From Candidatus Electronema halotolerans (GTDB lineage Bacteria; Desulfobacterota; Desulfobulbia; Desulfobulbales; Desulfobulbaceae): a stretch of DNA of 32,000 bases. Location of the stretch: positions 2,130,001 to 2,162,000 of the forward strand of contig OW818675.1 in NCBI GenBank assembly GCA_942493095.1. Direction: 5' to 3'. Both the position numbers and the translations under genes were made by a program. Below, one piece after another: positions 8,996 to 18,996 of this stretch (within the stretch, counting starts at the first letter, position 1; each line of letters begins with the position of its first letter). The notes beneath the pieces are model-generated. The model was not told the origin of the DNA. It saw only the letters and a list, made by a program, of their open reading frames with translations, and ran no database searches.

Positions 8996-10699
8996 ATGGA
9001 TACTTCTATAGATATTTGGAGATTAGCAGCAGGGCTGTCGGTGTTTCTCTACGGCATGTTTCTGCTGGAGGATGCTGTCAAAATCATGTCAGGCCGGGCT
9101 TTCCGCCGGATGATCCGGCTTTATACGGATGGCCGCATCCGTTCCATCGGCAGCGGCACCTTGGTCACGGCCATTCTTCAGTCCAGCTCGGCAGTCTCGC
9201 TCATGGTGCTGGCCTTTGTCGGCGGCGGCGTGATGAGCATGGAAAACGGCATCGGCGTGCTGATGGGGGCCAATATCGGCACCACCTTCACCGCGTGGAT
9301 TGTCGCCGCCTTTGGATTCAAAGTGAAGATTGAAACTCTGGCTTTTCCGGTGATAGCCTGCGCCGGACTGATCTTCGCAGTGGCCAATCCCTCCTCAAAA
9401 ATTTTTCAGGCCAGCAGACTGCTGATCGGCTTCGGCTTTCTCTTTCTTGGTCTCGATTTCATGAAAAGCAGCGTGGAGACTTTTGCCGAACATGTTGATC
9501 TGAGTGCAATTGCCGGTTACGGGGTATGGATATATCTGGTCTTTGGCACAGCCATGACCGCCCTGATGCAGGCGAGTGCCGCCGCCATCGCGGTCATTCT
9601 CACCGGCCTGTACAGCGGCCTGCTCGACTTTGAAACTTCCTTGGCTATGGTGATCGGAGCCAACATCGGCACCACAGTGACTGTGCTGCTCGGAGCCATT
9701 GGCGGCACTCCCCCGAAAAAACGGGTGGCAGCCAGTCATCTTGTCTTCAATCTGATCACCGGTGCTGTCGCCTTTGCCGCTCTCCATCCTTTGGCCGAAT
9801 TTGTCGGTCTGTTTTTCAAGATTCCTGACAACGCGGTGATGGGGCTGGCTCTTTTTCATACAATATTCAATGTAATAGGTGTCTTGATCTTTTTTCCCTT
9901 TGTCGGCCTGCTGGCCCGCTTTCTGATGCGATTTTTTCCAGACCGGAAAGAAATTCTCACCGTCTATCTTAACAATGATCCAACAGAGGTTCCAGAAGAG
10001 GGCGCGGAGGCACTGCGCAAGGAAATACTCCATCTTCTTGAGGAATGCCAGCTCTATGCGCTCAGAACCTTTGGCATTGACGACAAATTGGTTTTTGACC
10101 GCCTGCTGCCTTTTGAAAAAAATTTTGGCAAATGCACCCTGCCGGATTTTTACGACCGGGTCAAGCTCCTGCATGGTGAGATTGTTGAGTTTTATGCCAA
10201 ACTGCTCCAGGTGAATTTGGAAAAAGATGAGACCAAGGATTTGGAACGGATCATCTACGCCTCCCGCAACGTGATGAACTCTGTAAAAAATATCAAAGGA
10301 ATCCGGCATAACATCGGGGAATTTGACAGCTCGGACAACGAGCATCTGAACCAGCAGTACCGGCTTTTCCGCCGTCGGCTGATCAGCTTGTATCACCGGG
10401 TCAACAGCTTTCTGGTCCTGAAGGATCAGGAGAAGCAGCACCAGAGCCTGCTGAAAATGGCCATGCAGATTGAAGAGGAGGACAAGCGGTTTGTCAGCAC
10501 CGTCATGAAGCTGGCAGCGGAAAAAAACATCCATGAGCTGGAAATCTCCTCCCTGCTCATGGCCAACCGTCTCTTCAGCCAGTCCTGCCGTCTCCAAGTC
10601 TTTGCCCTCAAGGACCTGCTGCTCAAGGAAAAAGAAATCAGCGACTTTGACCGGGCTATGGATGCCAAAGAAACGCCGCAGGAGGCACAGGGAAAATGA
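8996..10699 (+). CDS. Na/Pi cotransporter family protein (NptA-like with C-terminal PhoU-like helical region)
   Basis: FLYGMFLLEDAVK, TAILQSSSAVSLMVLAFVGGG, GANIGTTFTAWIVA and a second repeat ALMQASAAAIAVILTGLYSG...GANIGTTVTVLL. Start taken at ATG 8996. Confidence 0.9.
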   Translation: MDTSIDIWRLAAGLSVFLYGMFLLEDAVKIMSGRAFRRMIRLYTDGRIRSIGSGTLVTAILQSSSAVSLMVLAFVGGGVMSMENGIGVLMGANIGTTFTAWIVAAFGFKVKIETLAFPVIACAGLIFAVANPSSKIFQASRLLIGFGFLFLGLDFMKSSVETFAEHVDLSAIAGYGVWIYLVFGTAMTALMQASAAAIAVILTGLYSGLLDFETSLAMVIGANIGTTVTVLLGAIGGTPPKKRVAASHLVFNLITGAVAFAALHPLAEFVGLFFKIPDNAVMGLALFHTIFNVIGVLIFFPFVGLLARFLMRFFPDRKEILTVYLNNDPTEVPEEGAEALRKEILHLLEECQLYALRTFGIDDKLVFDRLLPFEKNFGKCTLPDFYDRVKLLHGEIVEFYAKLLQVNLEKDETKDLERIIYASRNVMNSVKNIKGIRHNIGEFDSSDNEHLNQQYRLFRRRLISLYHRVNSFLVLKDQEKQHQSLLKMAMQIEEEDKRFVSTVMKLAAEKNIHELEISSLLMANRLFSQSCRLQVFALKDLLLKEKEISDFDRAMDAKETPQEAQGK

Positions 10700-10811
10700 C
10701 AGTCCGCAAGGCTGATTTTTCTTTTGACAAAAATACGTCTCAAGACAAGAATAACACCCGTTATCGGCAAAACAGGCTGAAGGTGATCAACTCGTCAAGC
10801 AAGGAGAAAAA

Positions 10812-11447
10812 ATGGGCATCAGCATGAAAAAGGCCATATTGTTCAGTGTCATGTCGCTGTGCTTCACTGTGGCGGCGCATTCTGAAGAACCGGCAAAAAC
10901 GGTCAAGGTGACAGACAGTTCATTCAAATGCCTGCATCAGATGAAAAAAGTGCGCAACATGCACGTTGACAATCTGCTGGGCAATCTTGAAGGAACCTTG
11001 GCTGTTGCCAATGCCGCCGCAGGCGGTGTCTATCCTCCGGGCACCGTGGTGCAGACGCTGCCGGGAGAGGCTATGGTGAAGCTGGACAAAGGAGCCAGTC
11101 CGGCCACCAATGACTGGGAATTCTTTGTCCTTGAGATCACGCCTGCGGGCAGCAGGATCAAGGAGCGCGGTTTTGCCGAGGTGACGAGTCTGCTGGGCGG
11201 CAGCTGCCTCACCTGTCACAGCCAGGCGAAAGCGCAATGGGACATGATTTGCGAGCAGGGCCACGGCTGCAATCCGATTGAGCTGCCCGGCATTGACACC
11301 CAGCTGCTGATCAAAGCATTGCAGAAAACAGACCCGCGCTGCCCGCCGCCTGAAGCAATCACAAAGGAGGAGATGACAGAGTTAGGCAAGCTGCAGGAAC
11401 TGCTTGTCCAGCGGGCGACCACTGCGGCTGTGCTACAGCCGGAATAA
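10812..11447 (+). CDS. Exported single-heme c-type cytochrome-like protein
   Basis: Signal-peptide-like MKKAILFSVMSLCFTVAAHSEEP and one CLTCH heme motif (CXXCH). The likely start is internal (GISMKKA). Confidence 0.55.
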   Translation: MGISMKKAILFSVMSLCFTVAAHSEEPAKTVKVTDSSFKCLHQMKKVRNMHVDNLLGNLEGTLAVANAAAGGVYPPGTVVQTLPGEAMVKLDKGASPATNDWEFFVLEITPAGSRIKERGFAEVTSLLGGSCLTCHSQAKAQWDMICEQGHGCNPIELPGIDTQLLIKALQKTDPRCPPPEAITKEEMTELGKLQELLVQRATTAAVLQPE

Positions 11448-11497
11448 GGCTGTCCGCCGGACTGCTCAAGACAGGCTAAAGAAACGCAGGGCATTTG

Positions 11498-12055
11498 TCA
11501 TGACTTTGCCCTGCGCCGCAGCTTTTTGTCGTACCGATCCTGTTCACTGTAGATGCAGCCGCAGTAAGGCTGGCGGTAGAGATTCATGGCAATGGCTTCA
11601 TCAATGCCCTGCTGCCAGCCTTCGCGGAAATCGTGATAAAAAAAGCGGCAGCCGAACTGGGCGGCCAAGGCATGGCCCTTGCTGTGCAACAGGCTGTGGT
11701 TCTGATATTTGGAATAGAGCAGGGTGCTGGTGAAAGCATCAAAGCCTTGGGCAGCGGCCCGTTCAGCGGTCGGCAGCAGACGCAGGTCATAGCAGAGGCC
11801 GCAGCGGCTGCTGCGCTCCTCATGAAAGACGACCCGGCGGAGGAAATCGCGCAGGCCATAGCTGCGGTCAATCTCCACCTGAAAATCAGTCTGCCGGGCA
11901 AAGTCTTCCAAGGCGGCAATCCGCCGCCGGAATTCGCGGTACGGGTGGATGTTGGGATTATGAAACCAGCCTGTCACCTCGTGCCCTTGCTGGCGGAGAA
12001 AAGCCAGCGGATACACTGTGCAGGGACCGCAGCAGACATGAAGCAGGATTTTCAT
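11498..12055 (-). CDS. queH: Epoxyqueuosine reductase QueH
   Basis: MKILLHVCCGPCTVYPL, GWFHNPNIHPYREF, RCGLCYDLRL, FTSTLLYSKYQ and YCGCIYSEQDRY are characteristic QueH cysteine motifs. Confidence 0.9.
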   Translation of the reverse strand: MKILLHVCCGPCTVYPLAFLRQQGHEVTGWFHNPNIHPYREFRRRIAALEDFARQTDFQVEIDRSYGLRDFLRRVVFHEERSSRCGLCYDLRLLPTAERAAAQGFDAFTSTLLYSKYQNHSLLHSKGHALAAQFGCRFFYHDFREGWQQGIDEAIAMNLYRQPYCGCIYSEQDRYDKKLRRRAKS

Positions 12056-12843
12056 GTATCCATGCAGCATTTTTTGTACTTCTTCCCACTGCCGCAGGGA
12101 CAGGCATCGTTTCTGCCGATCTTGCGCTGGCCTCCCTTCTTTTTTTTCTCAGGGGCAAAATAATCAGCAAGCGAGAAACGAGGCGGGGGCGTGGAGCGTT
12201 TTTCCCGCAGGCCCAAATCCATTTCCACGTCCTCCAGATCACCATGAATGCTCACGTCAACGCAGTTTTCCTGATACGCCTGCTGAATGACCGGCATGGC
12301 CTCGACTGCCTTGAGATCGATCAGGCAGCTGATGAGCAATCCGTTGAATGTCGGGTCATTTTTTGCATACTGGGTCAGCGGTCGTTCTATGCGGTTGATG
12401 CAGTTCTGCCGGAGTTCAGGATGCTGCTGCGCCATAGCGACCAGCCCTTCCGCTATTGAGGTCCTTGAATACATGGGATGCTTTTCATCCGCAAGATAGT
12501 GCGCCATCGGACGGAAGGCAGGCTGACCGATCATGGCTAATGCTTTTGGTATATCCTCTTGCGCCCACTCGTCCTCCTCGTCCAGATCGAACCGCTCCAG
12601 CAGCGGCTGCACCGTCTCCGCCGCCCGAAGATTGCCAAGAATCCGCCAGGCATAAACTGGCGCATAGACGGTATCGTCTTCAGTATTTGCCCAGTTCAGT
12701 TTTTCATCCACAATCATGCGGAGCAGTTCCGGCAGATGCTCTTGGGTGATGCCCAGTTCGTTGTACTTGCTCCATTCATCACGTGGGTTCGGCCTGCCCA
12801 AGGTCAGCAGGGCGGCAACCGGTTCGGTGTATTGCGTGTCCAT
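12052..12843 (-). CDS. HEAT-repeat-like / DUF1186-like protein with C-terminal SEC-C metal-binding motif
   Basis: Helical repeat body with C-terminal GRNDACPCGSGKKYKKCC (SEC-C motif). Start placed at internal Met (MDTQYTEP). Confidence 0.75.
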   Translation of the reverse strand: MDTQYTEPVAALLTLGRPNPRDEWSKYNELGITQEHLPELLRMIVDEKLNWANTEDDTVYAPVYAWRILGNLRAAETVQPLLERFDLDEEDEWAQEDIPKALAMIGQPAFRPMAHYLADEKHPMYSRTSIAEGLVAMAQQHPELRQNCINRIERPLTQYAKNDPTFNGLLISCLIDLKAVEAMPVIQQAYQENCVDVSIHGDLEDVEMDLGLREKRSTPPPRFSLADYFAPEKKKKGGQRKIGRNDACPCGSGKKYKKCCMDT

Positions 12844-12870
12844 AGTTTTTTTTTGCAAAAATTGGCTGAA

Positions 12871-13314
12871 TTAACATCTTGGCTGCATGAGTTTCTCAAC
12901 CAGCCTGTAAACAGTTGTGCCAGCAGTTTTTGGCCAGGCCGGGCATGGAGGCGTGTCGCGCAGTTTGGCCCGCTGAACGGCTTGGCTGATTCTGTCTTGG
13001 GTGAATTTTCGGGTATCAATTCCTTTATCGTAATCCGGGAGATACTGCCTCAAACGCTCTGAACATTGCGCCGAAGATTGAACGCCTTTTGCCTCGTCAA
13101 AGTGCAGGAACAGCCAAAACAACAGAGAAGAGGTCGGGAGCAGAATCAGGCGAGACAAATTTAAGCGTATCCTTGAACGCATAGGCTGTACGGCCATGCC
13201 AGACCCAATTTTTATGCGGGATATGAAACTGCGGTGCGCGTGCATGGTCAGCACCAACCCTTTGTTATACAGCCTTTCGATATTTAGCGAATTCTTCTTG
13301 AATAATCGCTTCAA
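12871..13314 (-). CDS. Hypothetical protein, doubtful
   Basis: 147-aa ORF with no recognisable domain, overlapping the end of the next ORF. Confidence 0.25.
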   Translation of the reverse strand: MKRLFKKNSLNIERLYNKGLVLTMHAHRSFISRIKIGSGMAVQPMRSRIRLNLSRLILLPTSSLLFWLFLHFDEAKGVQSSAQCSERLRQYLPDYDKGIDTRKFTQDRISQAVQRAKLRDTPPCPAWPKTAGTTVYRLVEKLMQPRC

Positions 13315-14377
13315 CCTGCTTTATCCCGCCATGAAAAATATCAATCTGTTGCTCCTTCATTTTGTCCAAAATATTGGCAAGTACATTTTTGTCATGTATC
13401 ATCATGCTATATTCTGAAAATTTTCGATTCTCAAAAATTTCCACATTGGTGGCTTTACGGAAAATATAAAAGACTATTGTTTTTTCGATTACTTCCCTCA
13501 AAGTCTGGTCATCAATAAACGTGTACATTATAAGAACTAAATAGCGAAAAGTGATACCAAATCGTATGTATGGAATGATCCTCAGATATAGACATATCAA
13601 CAAAACATCCATAATCTGAGATACCCATGAATATAAGGCGATAAGAAATATCTGCGGTTCTGACTGCTCCTTCGCCAGCACCAAGAAATTCATTTGGGTG
13701 TTACAATGTCGCTCCAATTTCTCTCTCAGAGACATGTCTTCGCTGTCGTCTTCATTAAAGACTAACTTTTGGGATACATAGGGGAGCATTGCATTCTCGA
13801 TCTGTTCGAACGTCTCGTACTGATGGCAAAAATCATCCTGACTGGTAAACTCTTTATCGAATGAACTTGAAAGGAAATTGAGAAAAAATTTTCCAAGTAG
13901 TTCGTGACGTTCTTCCTCGTCTTTTACTGAGAGTTGCCGAATAGGCAATATAAAGAAAGTATTCTGGTAATGCGTTAAAATCTCTATCGTATCAGAAAAC
14001 ACTCGATTGAAATATTCGATTGTTTCCGTACTGTCAACCCTATCTTCTTGGCTTCTAAAAAATTGTTCTATCTTTAGAAATGGGTCGAAAAGCAAATGAT
14101 AATCGCCGAGTGATTTGAAATAAAAGTGTTCATAGTCGGATATGTTTAAATATATCGCACCGCATAACACAAAACATGAGTTAGTTTCGGTTAATTCTTC
14201 AAGCTCAAAATAAATTACGTCGAGTCGTTCTAACCAGAAGAATTTCACTTCATCTAAAAACAGTGCTATTGTCCTAAAGGTTATCCCATCCGTTCGAAAT
14301 ACGTTTTCAAAATCAGCGATTAGCTCCTGATACTCCGCTTGAAATCTTTGAATGTTCTCAGGATATTGAATAGCCAT
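13265..14377 (-). CDS. Hypothetical protein (370 aa), second gene of an AT-rich two-gene module
   Basis: Long open frame in AT-rich DNA. Start overlaps the stop of the upstream ORF by 20 bp. No recognised domain. Confidence 0.75.
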   Translation of the reverse strand: MAIQYPENIQRFQAEYQELIADFENVFRTDGITFRTIALFLDEVKFFWLERLDVIYFELEELTETNSCFVLCGAIYLNISDYEHFYFKSLGDYHLLFDPFLKIEQFFRSQEDRVDSTETIEYFNRVFSDTIEILTHYQNTFFILPIRQLSVKDEEERHELLGKFFLNFLSSSFDKEFTSQDDFCHQYETFEQIENAMLPYVSQKLVFNEDDSEDMSLREKLERHCNTQMNFLVLAKEQSEPQIFLIALYSWVSQIMDVLLICLYLRIIPYIRFGITFRYLVLIMYTFIDDQTLREVIEKTIVFYIFRKATNVEIFENRKFSEYSMMIHDKNVLANILDKMKEQQIDIFHGGIKQVEAIIQEEFAKYRKAV

Positions 14378-15836
14378 TTTTTAGTTCCTTTGGTACGTTA
14401 TAGATGCCAGTCAATAAGGAAAGCAGTTTCTGCATTGTTTTAAAACTGTCGGCTTTTACATCTGGGAGTTCTTGATTTGAATTAATGTCTGGAATTGCAT
14501 GATATTGATGAGCAGCATTATCACAGTGCACCATAGCACTCTCTCTAACCGCCCCCCATAGACCATGAGCAAAACTGGAATCATAATCATAAAAAAGATC
14601 GAACAGTTCTTTTTCATCGGCTTCTATACTTTTTTCTCTTATTCCATGCTTGTCAAAGTACTTCAAGTCAACATCTATAAACTCTTCCCATCGAATCTCA
14701 TTAACTAACGCATCGACTATTAGAGGAATAAAATGCGCAGTGTTGTCTAAATCGGTTTCACGGGCTTTTAGTAAAATCAGTTTATATTTACTAATACCAT
14801 AGAGTTTATATTCCTCCCATATGTCGTGATTTGAGACTTCTCGTTTGAGGAGGTATTTGAGTATAATTAATATTTCAATAATAGTTCTAACTCCGTGACG
14901 ACCAAGAATACTATTACCCAGTGATTTCTCTGTTAGTTCAATAAAGATTTTTAGTGCATAAGTGATCGACCCCACAATGACATCAAACTTGTCTTCAGCA
15001 AGAGATTTTTCCTTGTTTGAGTGAATAATATATTCCAAAGTTTTTTGAAATTGTCTGATAAAATCTTTGTAGGTGTATTTATTTTGGTCAAAAACTATGC
15101 TTACAGGCTTACATGAAGTTATCATGCCAATATCTATCCAGAATTGTTTACAAAAATCGTTGTTGTTATTTTCTAAAGTCCCACTATATCCACCTTCCAT
15201 ACTTCTAATAGCTGGTCGATACTTCCTCATCTTTTCATCACTATGCTCTGTGTATGGATATTCTTTTAATGCTTCGATTGTCATCGTGAGACCTTTCGCA
15301 ACCCGGAGTTTATCACTAAATATTAAAAAACTTAACGATAAAAACCTTAGATCGGTTGTTTCATCTGATCCTGATGAGAAATATATTTCAATAGCTCTCA
15401 ATAGATATTTAATTCTACTCTCAAACCCAAATTGTGGGATATTGAAAAAATCATTAAACACTGGATATGTCAAAGGGCGATACAAGACTGTTAATGGCGA
15501 GAGAACTTTCTTGTCTATAATTGTTGAAACTATTGTAAAGAGAGTATGTTGGTCTTCATCTGAAAGCCCAAAAACCATAGACAGCCGAGGATGGGGTAAA
15601 TTATGCACTTTTTTTGATATATCCAGCAATACTCTACCGGCTTTCTCAAGCCCTTCTTCTCTACCATAATAAAGCAAAATCAGGCCTAACCAGAGATATT
15701 CTGGCATCCTTTCCTTGCCCCAAGAACTTAGAGTTAGCTGATCGCGAAGCCTATCATTGAGAGGAGTTGCTACAATTCCTTGCTTTTTATGCAAACGATG
15801 CTCACTCAAACGACTCACATCTTTTCTTCTCTTCAT
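14358..15836 (-). CDS. Hypothetical protein (492 aa), possibly DUF5677-like in its C-terminal half
   Basis: Long open frame in AT-rich DNA. The C-terminal DLFYDYDSSFAHGLWGAVRESAMVHCDNAAHQYHAIPD segment resembles DUF5677-type proteins; this is a recollection-level resemblance. Confidence 0.7.
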   Translation of the reverse strand: MKRRKDVSRLSEHRLHKKQGIVATPLNDRLRDQLTLSSWGKERMPEYLWLGLILLYYGREEGLEKAGRVLLDISKKVHNLPHPRLSMVFGLSDEDQHTLFTIVSTIIDKKVLSPLTVLYRPLTYPVFNDFFNIPQFGFESRIKYLLRAIEIYFSSGSDETTDLRFLSLSFLIFSDKLRVAKGLTMTIEALKEYPYTEHSDEKMRKYRPAIRSMEGGYSGTLENNNNDFCKQFWIDIGMITSCKPVSIVFDQNKYTYKDFIRQFQKTLEYIIHSNKEKSLAEDKFDVIVGSITYALKIFIELTEKSLGNSILGRHGVRTIIEILIILKYLLKREVSNHDIWEEYKLYGISKYKLILLKARETDLDNTAHFIPLIVDALVNEIRWEEFIDVDLKYFDKHGIREKSIEADEKELFDLFYDYDSSFAHGLWGAVRESAMVHCDNAAHQYHAIPDINSNQELPDVKADSFKTMQKLLSLLTGIYNVPKELKNGYSIS

Positions 15837-15941
15837 TCTGCAAACAGTCCTTAAATGTTAAAAGATTATGTTGATTGCTGTATAACCAAAGATACACCGG
15901 TCTAAATGCGGCACTTATCAATTAAATCAAGTAGCTGATGA

Positions 15942-16502
15942 TCATTGTTCTGTCTCCGTCCCCTGACAACGCAAATAAGCAGCCTGCAACACCAGAGGGA
16001 AGTTGAAGCGCTCTTCCGGCTTGCCCCATTCCGCATAGCCCATGCTGACCCAGCCGCCCTGATTGATCCAGTCCTCGTAGCCGAATTTCCAGCCCTCCCA
16101 GTCATCCTGACAGCTGTAGGGCTGGTCCGGGCCGTAATAGATAAAACGCATCCCATCCTCATCCTTGGATAGACGGGTTCTGCCGATCAGGAGCATGTCT
16201 GCGCCGTAAAAGGCTGCCTCTTGCTCCGCCGCTTGGGCGATGCTCAGGCCGGTGGCTCCTGTCGGAGTCCAGATCAGCAGATGCGCAAAGACCTTGCAGC
16301 CGGGCTGGGCCTGCTCGGCCTGAAAAATCGTCCGCGCCTGACCGGTCGATGGGTAGGTGAAAGCCGGGCTGATTTGCTGCTTGGGCACCAAGGGCATTTT
16401 CTCCCAGACCTCCTTTGCTTTTTCTTTGACCGAGCAGCCGGAGAGCAGGGAAAGAGCTGCTACCAGCAGCAGCAGGGGCTTGCGCATTCTGCCTGTGATC
16501 AT
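15942..16502 (-). CDS. Predicted lipoprotein, unknown function
   Basis: N-terminal signal with lipobox LLVAALSLLSGCS. Confidence 0.75.
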   Translation of the reverse strand: MITGRMRKPLLLLVAALSLLSGCSVKEKAKEVWEKMPLVPKQQISPAFTYPSTGQARTIFQAEQAQPGCKVFAHLLIWTPTGATGLSIAQAAEQEAAFYGADMLLIGRTRLSKDEDGMRFIYYGPDQPYSCQDDWEGWKFGYEDWINQGGWVSMGYAEWGKPEERFNFPLVLQAAYLRCQGTETEQ

Positions 16503-16545
16503 GCTTTGCTCCGCAGGAGTTGAATGAGACTGCTGAAAGAGACGC

Positions 16546-17142
16546 TTATTTCCGCACCCGCATCAGGCATTTCCAGAAACGGGGCGGTTCAGGCTTTTTG
16601 GAATCGAGCAGAAAGGATTCCAAGCTGAGTATCTCAAAAAACGGCTCAACGCTGGCGCAGATTTGGGCGGCGGAAAGCCGGGGCGGCCCTTGTCCTTCAG
16701 AGGGCTGATCGCTGTTGCCCATCAAGCTGAACCAGAGGCCGCCGCGCTCCAAGCAGGAGGCGGCCTGCCGAGCAAACTGGCTGCGCTGCTCCTCGTTCAT
16801 GACGTGAAAGCAGCCCCGGTCAAAGAGCAGAGCAAACTGCTCCGGCTCCAGTTCGCTGGTGAGGAAGTTGGCCTCAACAAACGTGCAGGACGCGCTCTGC
16901 TCCTCGGCCCGCTGTTGGGCAGCAGCCACAGCCTTGGCGGAAATATCCATGCCTGTGACCTGATGCCCCTGCTTGGCCATCCAGACGGAATTGGCCCCAG
17001 TGCCGCAGCCCACCTCCAAAATCTTGCCGGTGAACACAGGCCATGAGGAAAAAAGCTGCATCAGGCAGCAGGTTGGACGGCCTGTGTCCCAAGGCAGCTC
17101 GTTCTGCGCATAGCGTTGATCCCACTCATGCTTTTCCAGCAT
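16546..17142 (-). CDS. Class I SAM-dependent methyltransferase
   Basis: ILEVGCGTGANSVWMAKQGHQVTGMDIS and FALLFDRGCFHVM. Start reassigned to the internal Met MLEKHEWDQRYAQNELPWDTG. Confidence 0.85.
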   Translation of the reverse strand: MLEKHEWDQRYAQNELPWDTGRPTCCLMQLFSSWPVFTGKILEVGCGTGANSVWMAKQGHQVTGMDISAKAVAAAQQRAEEQSASCTFVEANFLTSELEPEQFALLFDRGCFHVMNEEQRSQFARQAASCLERGGLWFSLMGNSDQPSEGQGPPRLSAAQICASVEPFFEILSLESFLLDSKKPEPPRFWKCLMRVRK

Positions 17143-17162
17143 GGCTCTCTCCTTGATGAAAT

Positions 17163-17552
17163 TTATTTTTCCAGGGTGATCTGCAAAGGGATGCAGTGCA
17201 GCCCCCGGCTGACCTGCTGGGTGCGGCCTAATTGCCATTCGCCGCATTTGGTGCCGTTGCCTAATTTCTTCTCCACATCAGCGACCAAGCCGTCAAGATT
17301 GATCACTTTGTGCCGGGAAAAAACCTCTGGCAGGCCGCTGGTGAGATTGCAGGCCAAGCAGCGGCCAGGCCGCTCGTGCAGGTCCAAGCTGAACTGGAGG
17401 GTGTTGGCCTCCGCGCCTTTGAAGCTCAGGGCAATGTCATACGCGCCTTCGCTCGCATCGCCGAACAGGGCTTCAAAAAAATCCGCAGTGCGCTGGGGCG
17501 GGAAAAGCTCTTGGAGCACATCGTCAGTGAAAATTTCGTTCATGGAATTCAT
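17163..17552 (-). CDS. Conserved hypothetical protein
   Basis: Coherent ORF (MNSMNEIFTDDVLQELFPPQRTADFFEALFGDASEGAYDIALSFKG...) with a FolC-divergent neighbour. Start could also be 17543. Confidence 0.5.
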   Translation of the reverse strand: MNSMNEIFTDDVLQELFPPQRTADFFEALFGDASEGAYDIALSFKGAEANTLQFSLDLHERPGRCLACNLTSGLPEVFSRHKVINLDGLVADVEKKLGNGTKCGEWQLGRTQQVSRGLHCIPLQITLEK

Positions 17553-17703
17553 GGTCGTTGTTATGCTTTGCTGTTGATCAGATTGCGTTTGCGAAAATGT
17601 ACTCAGCAGGCTGGAACCTGTCAACAGTGATTGCAGGCCGCAGGCGGCTGTGGTAAAAGAATCGCGCAAACGGCAGCGCAGATCACTCTTTCCCGCAGCG
17701 GCA

Positions 17704-18996
17704 ATGAACTACGAGCAGGCATGGCAGTTTCTTGATCAGCTTCAGCTTTTTAAAATCAAGCTGGGGCTGGATTCCATGAACCGGTTTCTGGAGCGGCTGG
17801 GCAATCCCCAGCAGAGCTTGCAGTGCGTCCATATTGCTGGCACCAACGGCAAAGGTTCGGTCGGCGCGGCCCTGCATTCCATCCTCAGCGCGGCAGGCTG
17901 CAAAACCGCCTTCTACACCTCGCCGCATCTCAGCTCGGTGCGGGAGCGCTTCAAGATTGGCAACGCATACATCAGCAAAGAGGATTTCACCCGCCTGATC
18001 AGCCAGATTGCTGCGATCTTGGACGGCAATCAGATCACCTATTTTGAATGCACCACGGCCTTGGCTCTGCTCTGGTTTGCCGAGCAAAAGGCGGACTGCG
18101 CCATTTTGGAAGTCGGCATGGGCGGCAGATTGGATGCCACCAACGTGATCAAGCCCTTGCTTTCCGTGATCACCAATGTGAGCATGGATCATGAGCAGCA
18201 TCTCGGCAGCAGCTTGGCCGCCATTGCTACGGAAAAGGCAGGCATCATCAAAACGGGCGTGCCGGTGCTGTCCGGGGCGGCAGATGACGACTCCGGGCGG
18301 GTCATCCAGCAGACCTGCGCGGCCCAGCAGGCCCCGCTCTTCCTGTTTGGCCGTGATTTCACCGGCAGCGGCGAAGGCAAGCTCTGGCAATATCACGGCA
18401 TGAAGGACATGCTGCTCCATGATCTGCCCATGTCCATGCACGGTCGGCATCAAATCAGCAACTGCTCTTTGGCCTTGGCCGCTGTTCAATTGCTGCAAGA
18501 GCAGGGCTGTACCATCAGCGAGGAGCATGTCCGCACTGGCTTGGCCCAGACGCGCTGGCCGGGACGGATGGAATATTTCCGTGACAGCCAGGGGCGGCAG
18601 TTTCTCTTGGATGGTGCCCATAATCCGGCAGGCGCGGCAGCTCTGCGGCAAGCCTTGGCAAACGATTTCCCCCGCCAGCGGCTGCTGCTGATCTGGGCGG
18701 CAATGGCGGACAAAGATATAAAAACTGCTCTGCGTGAAATCGCGCCGCTGGCCGATGTCATCATTCTGACCAAAGCAGCAGAATCAGAACGCGCTGCCAG
18801 CCCGGAGCAGCTCTTGGCGGCCCTGCCAGAGGAGCTGCAAGCGCGGGCCGTTCTTGCTCCATCGCCTGCCGAGGCCATTGCCCAGGCTGGCAGCTTGGCT
18901 GGTAAAGATGACCTGATCTGCATTTCCGGCTCGCTCTATCTGATCGGCGCAGCCCGCAGCCTGCTCTTGGGAGGTCTGGTTGATGACGAAAAATGA
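17704..18996 (+). CDS. folC: Bifunctional folylpolyglutamate synthase/dihydrofolate synthase
   Basis: HIAGTNGKGSVGAALHSIL, TSPHLSSVRERFKI, LEVGMGGRLDATNV and FLLDGAHNPAGAAAL. Confidence 0.93.
   Translation: MNYEQAWQFLDQLQLFKIKLGLDSMNRFLERLGNPQQSLQCVHIAGTNGKGSVGAALHSILSAAGCKTAFYTSPHLSSVRERFKIGNAYISKEDFTRLISQIAAILDGNQITYFECTTALALLWFAEQKADCAILEVGMGGRLDATNVIKPLLSVITNVSMDHEQHLGSSLAAIATEKAGIIKTGVPVLSGAADDDSGRVIQQTCAAQQAPLFLFGRDFTGSGEGKLWQYHGMKDMLLHDLPMSMHGRHQISNCSLALAAVQLLQEQGCTISEEHVRTGLAQTRWPGRMEYFRDSQGRQFLLDGAHNPAGAAALRQALANDFPRQRLLLIWAAMADKDIKTALREIAPLADVIILTKAAESERAASPEQLLAALPEELQARAVLAPSPAEAIAQAGSLAGKDDLICISGSLYLIGAARSLLLGGLVDDEK

Noticed and set aside
9395-10597. 400-aa minus-strand ORF
   Set aside because: Antisense to the Na/Pi cotransporter gene, with no recognisable motif; a GC-rich shadow ORF.
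12871-13314. Possible transposase remnant
   Set aside because: I could not identify any transposase catalytic motif or flanking inverted repeats, so I left it as a doubtful hypothetical.
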